A stretch of 31,090 nt of DNA from Schizochytrium sp. TIO01 (taxonomy: Eukaryota > Protista > Bigyra: Labyrinthulomycetes). The position numbers and the translations under genes are program-made. Positions 1-10,974 of the stretch are shown here, one piece after another (position 1 is the first letter of the stretch; each line of letters starts with the position of its first letter). The notes under the pieces are model-generated. The model did not search any database. It had not been told where the DNA came from and was given only the letters and a program-made list of their open reading frames with translations. The DNA lies in contig SMSO01000023.1 of assembly GCA_004764695.1 (NCBI GenBank), positions 1-31,090 on the forward strand, written 5' to 3'.

Positions 1-1
1 G

Positions 2-781
2 CAGTTGAACAAGAAGATTTTTGAAACAATTTATAGAGCCGCTGTTATTGAATCCATTGAACTTGCAAAGGTTGATGGACCATACAGCTCTTTTATCGGC
101 TCTCCTGCCTCGAAAGGTCTCTTTCAATTCGACATGTGGGACAATGTTCACCTTCATTATGATGATTGGGAAGACATTAGAAAAGACATGATGATGTACG
201 GCCTAAGAAATTCTCTCTTAACGGCGCTCATGCCGACAGCATCATCCTCTAATATTGCTGGAGTATCAGAATCTTTTGAGCCGCGAACTTCTAACATTTA
301 TACTCGGAAAGTTATTGCAGGAGAATACATTCAAACAAATAAGTACATGATACGAGATTTAATTAAATGCGGTGTTTGGAACGAAGCGTTGGCTAATTTT
401 ATCTCTTCTCAGAATGGCTCGATTCAGAATATAGAAAGTATCCCTGAGGACATTCGGAGAAGATATCGAACCGTCTGGGAGTATAAAATGAGAGACTACA
501 TCAACATGAGCGCTGATAGAGCTCCCTTTATTTGCCAGACACAAAGTTTGAACTTGTACATGCAGGATGTAACAATTCCAAAACTTACAAGTATGTTTTT
601 CTATGCTCATGGAAAAGGACTCAAAACTATGCTGTATTACTTGCGAACAAAGGCACAATCTGAGGCTGTCAAGTTCACTGCTGTTCCAAAACTGCAATTT
701 GCTATGCAAAGTGTTAATGTAGAGTCCGTGTCAGATTCAGATTCAGAATCGGAAGGCGAGTGTCTGAGTTGTAGTGCATGA
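2..781 (+). CDS. nrdA: Ribonucleoside-diphosphate reductase large subunit (class Ia R1), 3' part, 5'-truncated by the window
   Basis: Motifs IFETIY, GLRNSLLTALMPTASSSNI, SESFEP, QTQSLNL, GLKTMLYYLRT (tandem Tyr of the radical pathway) and C-terminal ECLSCSA (CxxC). Eukaryote/virus-type sequence with an uninterrupted frame. Confidence 0.97.
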   Translation, partial: QLNKKIFETIYRAAVIESIELAKVDGPYSSFIGSPASKGLFQFDMWDNVHLHYDDWEDIRKDMMMYGLRNSLLTALMPTASSSNIAGVSESFEPRTSNIYTRKVIAGEYIQTNKYMIRDLIKCGVWNEALANFISSQNGSIQNIESIPEDIRRRYRTVWEYKMRDYINMSADRAPFICQTQSLNLYMQDVTIPKLTSMFFYAHGKGLKTMLYYLRTKAQSEAVKFTAVPKLQFAMQSVNVESVSDSDSESEGECLSCSA

Positions 782-947
782 AGTCTGGATTTCTTTGCTT
801 TAAGTAGAGTTGGATAGTCCAGGTCTTTGCAAACAGGTTACAGAACATAAAAACATATATGTACCTGAAAAGTGGACAATCTCTAGGTTCTAAGTAATAG
901 AATTTTCAAATTTGGTATTATTTTTTTTGTTTCCGGTAACCTAAATC

Positions 948-1307
948 ATGGATGGATATTATGACAATTCTCCAATAATCGCGAATCTATTCCGGGCACG
1001 AGATTTGATTGAACTTGGCGAGGACCTCGTTAATCGTCTCGATCCAAACAAGAGTAAAAAAAAATTTGAAGAAACGGAACCATCAAGAGTTAGAACAAGA
1101 AACATTCGATTCAGCGTTTTTTGGAAATTGCCAATTGTACTCATCAAACAAGACACCTTTTCAACTCTAAGAACCCTTTGTGTTTCACAGTTTTATACGC
1201 TTGTCGCAATCAACACATCCTATAAATTTATTGATAAGATTGAATCAGCTATTATTGAATTCCGTTCGATAATTAAACAGGCAGAGACCTTCTTCAAATT
1301 CGGGTAA
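948..1307 (+). CDS. Hypothetical protein (119 aa), possibly degraded
   Basis: ATG-initiated ORF in an AT-rich context; no recognisable motif. Confidence 0.35.
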   Translation: MDGYYDNSPIIANLFRARDLIELGEDLVNRLDPNKSKKKFEETEPSRVRTRNIRFSVFWKLPIVLIKQDTFSTLRTLCVSQFYTLVAINTSYKFIDKIESAIIEFRSIIKQAETFFKFG

Positions 1308-1929
1308 ATTTACGCGACACTTTCTTATTTCTCTACACTAACCTCCCAGTTTCCTAATGAAAATATCAGGCACAATACGTATTTTACTTGGAATTGTACT
1401 ACCAAACCCAAATCAAAAGTAAATTGATCTCATGTCCACAATTCTCCAAGTTTATATTACGAAAAGAAAAGCTATTCTTCACCTTTAATTGTTTATAATT
1501 TATTAAAAGAAAAAATAAATTAAAATCTCGGTTTAATATTGACAAGGAATAAAATGAACCAGCTCACTTTAATAAAATTTATATTAATTACCTTTTGTTT
1601 TCATAATTAAATTAAAATACTATAATTTGTTTACAAGTACAGTTTCTCTTTAAAGACGAAAATATTCAGTGTGGCGTAAATACTATCTTCTTGTAATGCG
1701 AAGTTATTTCTTTTTAAACGCGACTTAACAAATAAAATAACAATCGCTGTTTTTGTATAGGTATTTTCCTATTACTACACTTCATGTCTATGGATTTATT
1801 ACCTGTTAACATCCGAACAACATGTTCCATATGCCCTTTTTAAATATTTTATACTTGTGAAGTCTAGGTTTGATATTAATTTAGTTTTAAACCCGTAGTT
1901 AAATTCATTTAAAGTGCTCTCTTTAATAT

Positions 1930-2447
1930 ATGGCAACTGTAGAGGGAAAGAATGGTGCTCAGCAGTTGGACAGTTGCACAATGCAAAATTATATGTCCAT
2001 GCACCATTTTTGGCCCACGATGATCGTACTTGAACCTCCCAAGCATACCTATATATATTTTCCCATTTCAAAGAGAATGATTTCAAAAATAGTGTTTTTC
2101 CTTGATGGTCGCCAGGAAGAAGAAGTTGACATGGATCATCCAATAAGTAGTAATCAACACTTGCAATATATGAAAATATTGATGGAGTGGATAGGTTATC
2201 ACTTAATATGGTTTGAGGACAAGAAGAGTTCCATAATACATTCGACAAACATCATATTTGTCTTTCGGATAATGGAATGAACATTATTTGTGACTTCAGC
2301 TCACTTTCTGAATTAGAACTGTTCCGGTATCCATTGGAATAAAATAATGGACACTCAGCGCTTCCATTATGGAATAAGATAAATTACCGATCATCAATTA
2401 TTTTTGTTTCCTCTTGGATACTTAAGAAGAACGCAAATATCATTTAA
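1930..2447 (+). pseudogene. Probable degraded ORFan
   Basis: ATG ORF 1930-2280 is followed by coding-like sequence in a shifted frame (GQEEFHNTFDKHHICLSDNGMNIICDFSSLSELELFRYPLE*), bounded by very AT-rich spacers. Confidence 0.35.
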
Positions 2448-2536
2448 GGATGTTATTATTATTTTATTTATTTTAAAATAAATCTCTTTATTTAAAATGA
2501 TAGTAAGGGGGGAAAGATAGAGAGGGAGCGACACTA

Positions 2537-3391
2537 TTACACTTGTTTAATATCTATATATTTTTCCGTTGCTTTTTTCATTAAAAAGTTAAAAAACTCC
2601 CCAGACTGTCGATGATTATAAAGTCTTACAAGAGACAGATAACACCCGTGTCGATAACAGTCAAGTAAGTCGTTTCCGCTAGCAACATACGGGAGAAGTT
2701 CGCCTTTACTGTCAATGAAGGGAAGAAGGTTATACCACTCAGCCCATACAGTAATGAGGTCAGGATTGCTATTTCTAAGAGTCCCCATCGAGTGAATAAG
2801 TTCGGTCGAATTGTTGAAGTATTTTATTTCTCTTAAAATATCATAAAGAAATTCTCGGATGGCGTTTTTTATAAAGAACTTGCATCCCTTTATAACATGA
2901 ATATTTGTAGGATCATCTTTTGAGATTGGGCAACAAACTCCCAATGTCGGTACTTCATTCTTTAAAGGCGTGGCGACGATAACCCCAACAAGAAGCGGAG
3001 CGCCGTTGATAATTTCCATGTACTGATAACTTGTAAGGTGCGATTCGACCCATTTAAAATCGAGATCAGTTCCCTTTGAATCTATGTAGGCTAAGTATAT
3101 GTTCTCTGGATTGGGCAAACATTCTTCAGCAAATGTGATATCTTCTAGAATTTTCTGTGTAGCTATACTACGAAGCTCTTTTATTTTATCTACTTCTAGA
3201 TCAGCCATATCATCGCGGTCAGTAAAAGGGACCAGAAAGATATTAGGTCGAAACATAACTTTCGTTTCTGTTGATTTGGTTCTGCCCTTGACAGGTGGAA
3301 CATTCAAAGAATGAATTTGTTCCTCATCTTTTATAGGACAAATACTACAGAAAAATGAAAGAAGTGTTGATGCCCAACACATTGATAGCAT
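2537..3391 (-). CDS. Hypothetical protein (284 aa)
   Basis: Intact ATG ORF with globular composition, divergent from the R2 gene across an ~80 bp spacer containing TTTTATAA. Confidence 0.8.
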   Translation of the reverse strand: MLSMCWASTLLSFFCSICPIKDEEQIHSLNVPPVKGRTKSTETKVMFRPNIFLVPFTDRDDMADLEVDKIKELRSIATQKILEDITFAEECLPNPENIYLAYIDSKGTDLDFKWVESHLTSYQYMEIINGAPLLVGVIVATPLKNEVPTLGVCCPISKDDPTNIHVIKGCKFFIKNAIREFLYDILREIKYFNNSTELIHSMGTLRNSNPDLITVWAEWYNLLPFIDSKGELLPYVASGNDLLDCYRHGCYLSLVRLYNHRQSGEFFNFLMKKATEKYIDIKQV

Positions 3392-3473
3392 AAAAAGACA
3401 AAGGCCTTGTTAATACTTTTCCTGCAAATCGTTTTTATAAGATAGAGTATTTGTTTTTGGAAGAACCAGAGTG

Positions 3474-4455
3474 ATGACACCAATTCTTGATAATGAAGAT
3501 TCCGCAGATCGTTTCACGATCCTCCCAATTCTTAACCCTGATATTTGGGATCTCTACAAAAAGGCAGTCGCGGCAACTTGGTTTGTCAATGAGATCACCC
3601 TACAGGATGACGTCATTGTGTGGAACGACGATTCGAAACTTAGTGATGCAGACCGTCACTTTATAACTACTGTACTCTCTTTTTTTGCTGGAGCTGATAA
3701 GTTAGTTGCTGATAATATTAATACTTCTTTTATTCATGAAGTTAAATGATGGGAAGCTGAATTCTTTTATGATCACCAATGTTTGATCGAGCGCTTTCAT
3801 GCAGAGGGTCTATGCTAACCTCATCGCAACATATATTCAGGATGCTGATGAGCGAACTCGGGCTCTTCCAATCGCTAAAAACCATTCCAGTTGTGAAGCG
3901 CAAGGGAGAATACGCTGCTAAGTATGCAAACGCAGAGACATCTTCTTTTCCTGAAAGGCTAATTGCTTTCGCTATTTTTGAAGGTGTTTATTTTTCTGCT
4001 TCTTTTGCAAGCATTTTTTATTAACAAAAAGAAAGGGCTTCTAGATGGAATGTGTACTTCGAACGACTTTATTTCGAGGGACGAGGCTCTACACTGCATG
4101 TTCGCTTGTGCACTTTATAAACACGTGATCGACAAGCTACCTGTAGAGCGAGTTCACGAGATGTATAGGGAAGCAGTAGAAATTGAATCTGAGTTCGTCA
4201 GAGAAGCTCTGAAGACAGACCTGGTCGGGATGAGTGCAGACCAAATGTGTCAATATGTTCAATTCACCGCTGACTTTTGGCTCAATGAGTTAGGCTATCC
4301 TTCAATTTATAATGTTAAGAACCCTTTTAACTGGATGCATCTCATTTCAATGGAGAGCAAAATTAATTTCTTTGAGAAGCGTGTCACTTGATTATGCAAT
4401 GGGTGGGTCACAGAGAACCGAGGATAATTGCTATGGAGAGGATCAAGACTTCTAA
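3474..4455 (+). pseudogene. nrdB: Ribonucleotide reductase small subunit (R2), disrupted by one in-frame TGA and four +1 frameshifts
   Basis: Motifs across frames: RFTILPI..PDIWDLYKKA, LSFFAGAD, EAEFFY..Q..IERFHAE, ERLIAFAIFEGVYFSASFASIF, FISRDEALH, NPFNWM, KINFFEKRV, and C-terminal DYAMGG...EDQDF* (TAA 4453-4455). Lesions: TGA 3747-3749 and extra bases near 3807, 3862, 4023 and 4389. Confidence 0.93.
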
Positions 4456-4512
4456 TATATAATTGATATTCATAAGTGTGGAAAATAGTTTAGACTTTGA
4501 AAAGATAAGACA

Positions 4513-6178
4513 ATGTACATTTCCTTGACTCTTTCTGATGTAATTGAGCGGGAGAAGGGGCTTGAGCTTAGACATCGGGGCGATGCTAGTTACTTGACAA
4601 ACTGAAAGACCCCGAGTTTTTATCGGTTTACACGCCATTCTTTTCATCGTGTTGGGAAGAATGGAAGAGATCGGGAAGCACTCGGACTTGCGAAGCACGA
4701 AGATGGCTTTTACTTTATTATTCAAGGAACCTCTTGAACATGATGACAGTTCTCTCATGTCTGCCTATTTTCTAAAACACGTCCTGGTGACCTCTATAAC
4801 TTTGTCATTACAGTCTGGGGCGATGATGCACAAAACGCTGACTCGGTCAGGCTACATCTTGTGAAAGTCAATGAGTTTTCTGAACTGGCATCACAACATC
4901 TTATTCTGTTGGGCAGGGCACTAAAGAGCTTTGAAGGTATTGATGCTCGAAATCACTACTTCATGAGCGCTGGAGAGCTTCTCTGTTTAGATAACGGAGT
5001 TTTGGCAATTTAATCAACATTCAGAAAGTTTTATGACCCCTAGGGAAAAGCTCCATTTTGGTACAGACCCTCGACTTACAGAGCGAGTACTCTGTGCCAA
5101 AAATCCACTTCACACCTTCTCTTATACCTCAATGTCACTGTCGAAAAGTCACGAGCCAGAGTTTCAATTTGTCGACGTTCTTGCTAAAATCCCAATGAGG
5201 AATCCAGTCTTATTATCGCAAAGACTTCACGGCAGCGAACATATTCTTACCAGCAAGCACTGTTAATTATTCGATCTTTCAAGCTTCGGAAACGTCATCA
5301 GACTGTTTCAGTTCTAGAAACAGAGTCAGGGAAACTTTCCGAAGTAGGACTCATCACAAATGACTTGAAAGTAGCAACTGCATGTCTCCAGTCACCGATG
5401 CTGGAACGGTTCACGCAAAATCGTAAGATGAATTATGACAACACTCATTTAGAAATGTATGACTATTTTCATCTCACTGGTTCAACGCTAAATGGCCACT
5501 ACCTTGTAAAGAAGCACTTTGATGTTCCATTTTTTCGGATGTTACGATTACGAAGTCACTGACGAGGTAGATCGGGTGTGTTTCATGAGAGTTCGGAGTA
5601 TCGCAACGATGGACATGATCCCAACTCCTTTGCCTTGCAACTTTCTACTACCAGGTCACTTTGCCTGTGTAGATATAGAACAACGAGTTGCACCTTTGCT
5701 TCCTAATATTAATCTAGGAATCCGTCGTAAGCACTTTTCAGAGTTCAAAGATGAATACTTTGCATTATTTGCTCACCAACATCAATGGGGAAGATCCATG
5801 AATCTTCACAACCCATATGCTTACCAATACAATCACACCTCAAATACAATCACCATTAGAGAAGTCGAGGATATACAACGCACTGATGAACGCTGGTACG
5901 GGTTAAGCGACTCATTTTCTATTGAACAGCAACTTTTAGGACTTTGGTCTTTACTTTACTGGTTTATTTCAGATGACTCACCTTTTGAAATTTTATCTGA
6001 AAATACTTATAAAATTGAATGGTTTCACAACCAATTCAACAAAGACATAGATGCACAAAGTAACCCTGAACAGTACTTCTTACATTGCTTACTAGGCGAC
6101 ATTTTGACTCCATGTACTAAAACAGTACAAGAAAAAATAGATAGCATTCAGGACAAATACTTCCAAACAAAAATATGA
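4513..6178 (+). pseudogene. Fragmented ~550-codon gene of unknown function
   Basis: ATG 4513 lies shortly after the R2 stop. Consecutive overlapping open segments (including ORF-track pieces at 5033, 5365 and 5519) join by single-base shifts and end at the stop at 6178. Confidence 0.6.
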
Positions 6179-6182
6179 TAAA

Positions 6183-6749
6183 TTACTTTTTTGAGTTAAT
6201 TCTGTGTATTTTTCTCTCATCAAACATAACTTTTGTGTGGTCATAAGAGGGTATATTTTCTAGAAGTAGAGGTGATGGACGTTTATCACGGAAGGTCTGT
6301 TTCGTTACTTTCCTGGGCCGTTTATGTTCACTTACATGACTTGATTGAGGTATTAAAGGTGGTAGCTGCATTTCTTTTGTGTAAATAAAGCTACCTATCA
6401 TCGCTCGCACAAGATGTCTCTCAAAGCACTTCAAAAAGTTATGCAATAAACCAATATCAAGACTAATTCTATCAACTTCATCCGATGGTAATATATCGCG
6501 GTTAGCTGTCAGAAGTTTTAAAAGATTAATTGGAGAAGAATACAACCCGAAGATAGCATTTTCAAGAATTATATTTTGTACAATTGAATTTGGATTTTTT
6601 AATCGTTTAATTAAGTTGTCGAGGATCGGTTTTATTATCCGTCTCGCTCTTCTTATAACTATCCTTTCTTCAAGAGAATTTTTAGGAATCCAAATTTCAT
6701 TAGTTTTAAACTGTTGGAGGCGTTGTCTCGCTTGCAGAATGTCAAACAT
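6183..6749 (-). CDS. Hypothetical protein (188 aa, basic)
   Basis: ATG preceded by an A-run on the coding strand; the stop converges within 5 bp of the previous gene's stop (tight viral-style packing). Confidence 0.7.
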   Translation of the reverse strand: MFDILQARQRLQQFKTNEIWIPKNSLEERIVIRRARRIIKPILDNLIKRLKNPNSIVQNIILENAIFGLYSSPINLLKLLTANRDILPSDEVDRISLDIGLLHNFLKCFERHLVRAMIGSFIYTKEMQLPPLIPQSSHVSEHKRPRKVTKQTFRDKRPSPLLLENIPSYDHTKVMFDERKIHRINSKK

Positions 6750-6809
6750 TTTTTTTTCGGATTTAGAGAAGACTTCTACTATTGCAACGATTGGTTTTCT
6801 ATGATGTCA

Positions 6810-7239
6810 TCAAGCTAGTTTTTTTTTTTCAAAAACCGGTAGGGATTCATTTAGACAGCTTCCTGCGTTATAAATCCCCTTACCATATTTAGAATATAAT
6901 GCACCTAAAAGAATCACTGAAGCAAAAATGCCTGAAGTTTTTGCTATAGTGTTAAAGTGTAACTCTTTGTAAAGAGTGTCATTTACAACCTCAAACTGCA
7001 GTGTGTAATACAACTGACAATTTTAACCGACGACCTGCTTCAATACAAATAGAAGTGTGTCTACCGATTTCTCTATGATCTACTTGATTACAGAAGGAAT
7101 TTTGCAAATAAAGATCTTCTATTCTCTCCATTTGCAATCTCTTATATGTGGCAATTGTAAACAGGATTCTATTTAGGAAGAGAACGAATAGGACAAATTT
7201 AAAAAACAAAATGACTGGTTGAGAGGCTGTAGTCTGCAT
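6810..7239 (-). pseudogene. Probable frameshifted small membrane protein
   Basis: Two overlapping minus-strand ORFs (7239-6991 and 7013-6810), each with a hydrophobic segment; ATG 7239 is preceded by an A-run. Confidence 0.45.
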
Positions 7240-7403
7240 TTTTTTTGTGCTTATAATTATCTACTCTTATTTAATTCTCTTATGTTTAAAATATCTGGAT
7301 AAATATTTTTTTATTATTAATGTGTAATTATATCCTAGTCTTATTTTCTTTATTTAAAAATTATATATTTGTTTTTTCAGAAAAGAGAAATACCAATTAA
7401 ATG

Positions 7404-7772
7404 TTACTTGGTATGCATTGCATGAGCAAAACTTAAAAAGCCTGACTTTGTGTTCATAATGGAAGGACTATTAGTTCCTGTTATAAGCTCATATGATGAA
7501 ATGAACTTATCTTTCAAAACACTTATTAAAATTGAAAGTATAACAAACAATAAAACGACAAGTAACTGAACGAACTGGAATACACCATCGTCAATAAGTT
7601 TTAGAATCATATTGTTTGCCTGAAGCGCGAGGATGAACATAATTGCTCCTTGAAAAGTCTCTAACACCCGAAATGTGAAACGATATGAGAAAAGCCCACA
7701 CCAAGTCATACAGTTTGCACAAAAACGATCACAAATCTGCATATCAGCTTCGACATCTTCAAAACTTTGCAT
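7404..7772 (-). CDS. Hypothetical membrane protein (122 aa) with an N-terminal Cys cluster
   Basis: ATG ORF; hydrophobic stretches FQGAIMFILAL and VFQFVQLLVVLLFVILSILISVL; C-DRF-C-AN-C-MTW-C. Confidence 0.6.
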   Translation of the reverse strand: MQSFEDVEADMQICDRFCANCMTWCGLFSYRFTFRVLETFQGAIMFILALQANNMILKLIDDGVFQFVQLLVVLLFVILSILISVLKDKFISSYELITGTNSPSIMNTKSGFLSFAHAMHTK

Positions 7773-7858
7773 TGTTTTCTTTTGTTGATACCTATTTTTT
7801 TTCCTTCACTCATATATAATTTTGATTAGTCCTCAAAATATAATTATTGTAGGAGACT

Positions 7859-8089
7859 ATGACCAGGAGAGCTCCCCCTCGAGGTTTAAATACAGGTAAA
7901 CAAAGAACAAAGAATAGAAAAGAAAAGAAAAGAAAAGAAAAACAATATGACACGAAACAAGTTCCTACAATTTTAGAAGAGATCACTGTTGGCGGGGAAC
8001 AAAGGTTTGTTGAAATCACTGTCGCTGCAAACGATCACAATCTCGAAAAGGCGGCATTGCAAAAGACTCTAAAATGCTGCATCCAATAA
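7859..8089 (+). CDS. Small basic protein ending in a CaaX-like motif (KCCIQ*)
   Basis: 76-aa ATG ORF divergent from the 7772 gene; Lys/Arg-rich N-half partly encoded by (GAAAA)5 at 7917-7941; C-terminal CCIQ. Confidence 0.5.
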   Translation: MTRRAPPRGLNTGKQRTKNRKEKKRKEKQYDTKQVPTILEEITVGGEQRFVEITVAANDHNLEKAALQKTLKCCIQ

Positions 8090-8250
8090 AGTTTTCTTTT
8101 CATTTTAAACCATTTTATACGATCTGTTATTAATACCAGAAATGAATAAACTTTTCTCCATTACAATAAATAAATATTTTATTTTACTTTTCTATTTTAT
8201 TTTATTTATTTTTTTAATTAAAAAAAATATATAAAAATATAAAGGTTTAA

Positions 8251-10974
8251 TTACACTGGACAAACACATTCTTTCTCTATTTGACATCTCTTACCGTAAT
8301 AAGGAAATAAGCAATTACAATAAGCAGCGTCTGATTCTTTAGTTCCACCATTCAAACACGTCACTAAGGTCTCACACCGGACTCCCCAGTAATCTGTACT
8401 AGTACATGCGCAAATCCCTGATTCTGGATTACAAGTTCCGCGGCCATTGCAATCTGTGTTTGCACAGAGATCGATGTCTGAAGTTTCAATGTCATCATCA
8501 TCTAAACCTGTATTATTATAGACAATCTCTGTTACATTTTTCAATTTTTCAGCGATTGTAAGAATCTCGTCCGCAGTAGAATCTTCAATTGGGTTTCCAT
8601 TCTCATCAGTTTCCTCCTTCACAAAAACTTCAATTGCAATGGAGGAATCGCCAGGAATGATTGTGACTTCAGATGTATCAATTCCTAGCATATTTGATAA
8701 GGCGAGTTCAAAAGCCGAACCATCTGAAAAGTCAAGATTTTGATCACCATCTAAAAGTAATTTATAGGCTTCAGCGTTAATCTCATACATAAATTTGACA
8801 GAGATTGAACTAGAAGACTGCAATGCACGTCTGGTGTTTCTTTCATAAGAAATTGTAGTATTACACAATGAACCATAGTCCCAGGGACATAGTAGACTAT
8901 TAATATATTCTTGAAGAAGAAGTGTGGCTCTTTCAGCGTCTATATCACGGTCTAGCATGATAGCGTCTAAGAGGCTACTCGTTAAACTCGCACTTTCAGA
9001 TCCATAAAGTAAGACTTCAACGTCAGAACTATTTGATTTGATCATCGCGGACAGCATTTCGGAGGCGTGCCGGATCAGTTCAACGTTAGGATTTGAGACA
9101 GTTGTTTGAAACGTTCCTATTTTTGACGCTCTTAATCTTGCCTTTTTGATTCGAAATTCACATTCAGTTTCCGTTTCACAAGTACCTCCTTCATAACGAT
9201 CTTCACATAGTCCAGTGGCATTGTTACAAAAGGCTAATCTACCCGCAAACATGTATGGTACGCAGTCTAAGTGTTTTGAGCACGTCGGAGCTTCAACACA
9301 TATACCAGAGTCTAATGCGGAACAAATCTCACCGTTGTTACAGTTAGTTGATTTCCCATAACAGTAGTGGGGTGGTTTGACAGGTACTTTTAAAATAGCT
9401 CCAGACTTAGTATAGGTATCAATTGACAAAAGTGGTTGACCAAAGATTATGTTATGTTCATCGATGAGGATAGGATTTTTCTGAAGATTTACTTGTAAAG
9501 ATTGACCTGCAATTTCCTTAACAGAATTGAACCATGAGTTATTTTGGAAGTTCCAAGTGTTATTGGAAGGATCGTAGGTGAAAAGTGTTAGACGAGCTTC
9601 AGGTAGATATTCTCCTGCAAGGAGATAGTCTGATGATGCCGCGGCCACTTTTCCGAAGAATTTATTAGTTGCTATTGGTTCTAAAACACTGCGAATGGTC
9701 TGAATATATTGAAACCCAGCTTCAGTCCTTTCTAAATAAAAGATAGCCCCAGTGTTGGAATAAGTATCTGTAGAGGACTTGAATGAGTCCGAAACAATAA
9801 AGACACGACGACCTCCAGGTACAAATACAACGTCACTAATAATCATAAAATCATTGTAGTTAAGCATTTCTGGTGTATAGTCAAACTCATGAACAGTATC
9901 AAAGTCCCATAGTTCTGTCATCTCGTCACGTAGTATGTACTGAAATTTCGTTCGAACATATTGAGATGAGAAAATAACTTCATTATCCCCTGCATTAAGA
10001 AAATATATTTTATTAGGACTTTCAAAGACAATTCGATTGAAGACAAAGTCTTTCGTAGGATCCTCTCTTGTATATAGATAAATTGGGTATGTGTATGTTC
10101 CATGCTCTGAAGTCCAAATGTTTTCTCCATCAGTTGGCATATTTAAACGGTTACTATAAACTAGAAGATGTTTCTCGTCTATCAGTGAAAACAATTGTCC
10201 AAAGTATGCAAACGGCCGTGGACTTTCTTCTATGATACGTTGCTTTTGCTCAAATAGACCTGTAGTATAGTTCAAATGATAAATATCAACAGCACCAGCT
10301 TGACTGTTTCCGTTGTACAAATAAGAATGTACTGTATCCAAGTATATCAAATTAGTACCAAATTTATATGTTTCTGAGAAGCCACATTTATAGTCACCTC
10401 TTTGTGACCAGAACGAAAGGAACGATAAGTCCTTATTTGGATAGTAAGTATTTTGTAAAGTATCACATGTGATTTTGACAGTTTGATAATTTGTTCCCCC
10501 AGTGTTGCTAAGAACTCGACTTCCTCCAACTGTACCACAATTTTTGCAACTATACCATCCATTTTCATCAGATCCTTCAATTGTACCAGCATTATAACCT
10601 TCATAAGAAACAATAAGTGTCCCATTGATAAATTGAGATAGTCGGCCATATCCTGAGCTACTAAAGTGGTTATCGGGGATTAGACTTTGTGTGAAGGTAT
10701 AGTTATTTGAGTCTGTGTTCCTACGGAAAACTAATAAACTACCTATAACTGCGTTAGTGATTTGCTTGTTTTTGTAACCAGGACCATTACTGTCAAATGC
10801 ATGGACGAAGAGCCATTCATCTCTGTCGGAAGAGACAGAAAATCCCATTTGAAATGAAGTTTCTGATAGTTCTTCTGGGACTCCAAGGAGTGTCGCGTTA
10901 TCAAGTTCATAGATTAATGTCGCATGAGTCAAATGTGTTAACAAGAGTGCAGCTAAACAAAAAAGAACCTTCAT
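8251..10974 (-). CDS. Secreted protein (907 aa): signal peptide, FG-GAP-like beta-propeller, Cys-rich module, C-terminal EGF-like repeats
   Basis: Signal peptide MKVLFCLAALLLTHLTHA; FG-GAP-like blades (FQMGFSVS, QAGAVDIY, FAYFGQ, NTGAIFY, KFFGKVAA, IFGQP...SGAI); EGF-like CNGRGTC..GICAC..YWGVRC and CLNGG..CNC..PYYGKRC; many NxS/T sequons; no C-terminal TM segment. Confidence 0.88.
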   Translation of the reverse strand: MKVLFCLAALLLTHLTHATLIYELDNATLLGVPEELSETSFQMGFSVSSDRDEWLFVHAFDSNGPGYKNKQITNAVIGSLLVFRRNTDSNNYTFTQSLIPDNHFSSSGYGRLSQFINGTLIVSYEGYNAGTIEGSDENGWYSCKNCGTVGGSRVLSNTGGTNYQTVKITCDTLQNTYYPNKDLSFLSFWSQRGDYKCGFSETYKFGTNLIYLDTVHSYLYNGNSQAGAVDIYHLNYTTGLFEQKQRIIEESPRPFAYFGQLFSLIDEKHLLVYSNRLNMPTDGENIWTSEHGTYTYPIYLYTREDPTKDFVFNRIVFESPNKIYFLNAGDNEVIFSSQYVRTKFQYILRDEMTELWDFDTVHEFDYTPEMLNYNDFMIISDVVFVPGGRRVFIVSDSFKSSTDTYSNTGAIFYLERTEAGFQYIQTIRSVLEPIATNKFFGKVAAASSDYLLAGEYLPEARLTLFTYDPSNNTWNFQNNSWFNSVKEIAGQSLQVNLQKNPILIDEHNIIFGQPLLSIDTYTKSGAILKVPVKPPHYCYGKSTNCNNGEICSALDSGICVEAPTCSKHLDCVPYMFAGRLAFCNNATGLCEDRYEGGTCETETECEFRIKKARLRASKIGTFQTTVSNPNVELIRHASEMLSAMIKSNSSDVEVLLYGSESASLTSSLLDAIMLDRDIDAERATLLLQEYINSLLCPWDYGSLCNTTISYERNTRRALQSSSSISVKFMYEINAEAYKLLLDGDQNLDFSDGSAFELALSNMLGIDTSEVTIIPGDSSIAIEVFVKEETDENGNPIEDSTADEILTIAEKLKNVTEIVYNNTGLDDDDIETSDIDLCANTDCNGRGTCNPESGICACTSTDYWGVRCETLVTCLNGGTKESDAAYCNCLFPYYGKRCQIEKECVCPV

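Noticed and set aside
3747-4605. In-frame TGA codons (3747, 4603) as evidence of a TGA=Trp or selenocysteine code
   Set aside because: R1 ends with TGA exactly after its conserved CxxC tail, Trp is encoded by TGG throughout, and the same genes also carry frameshifts.
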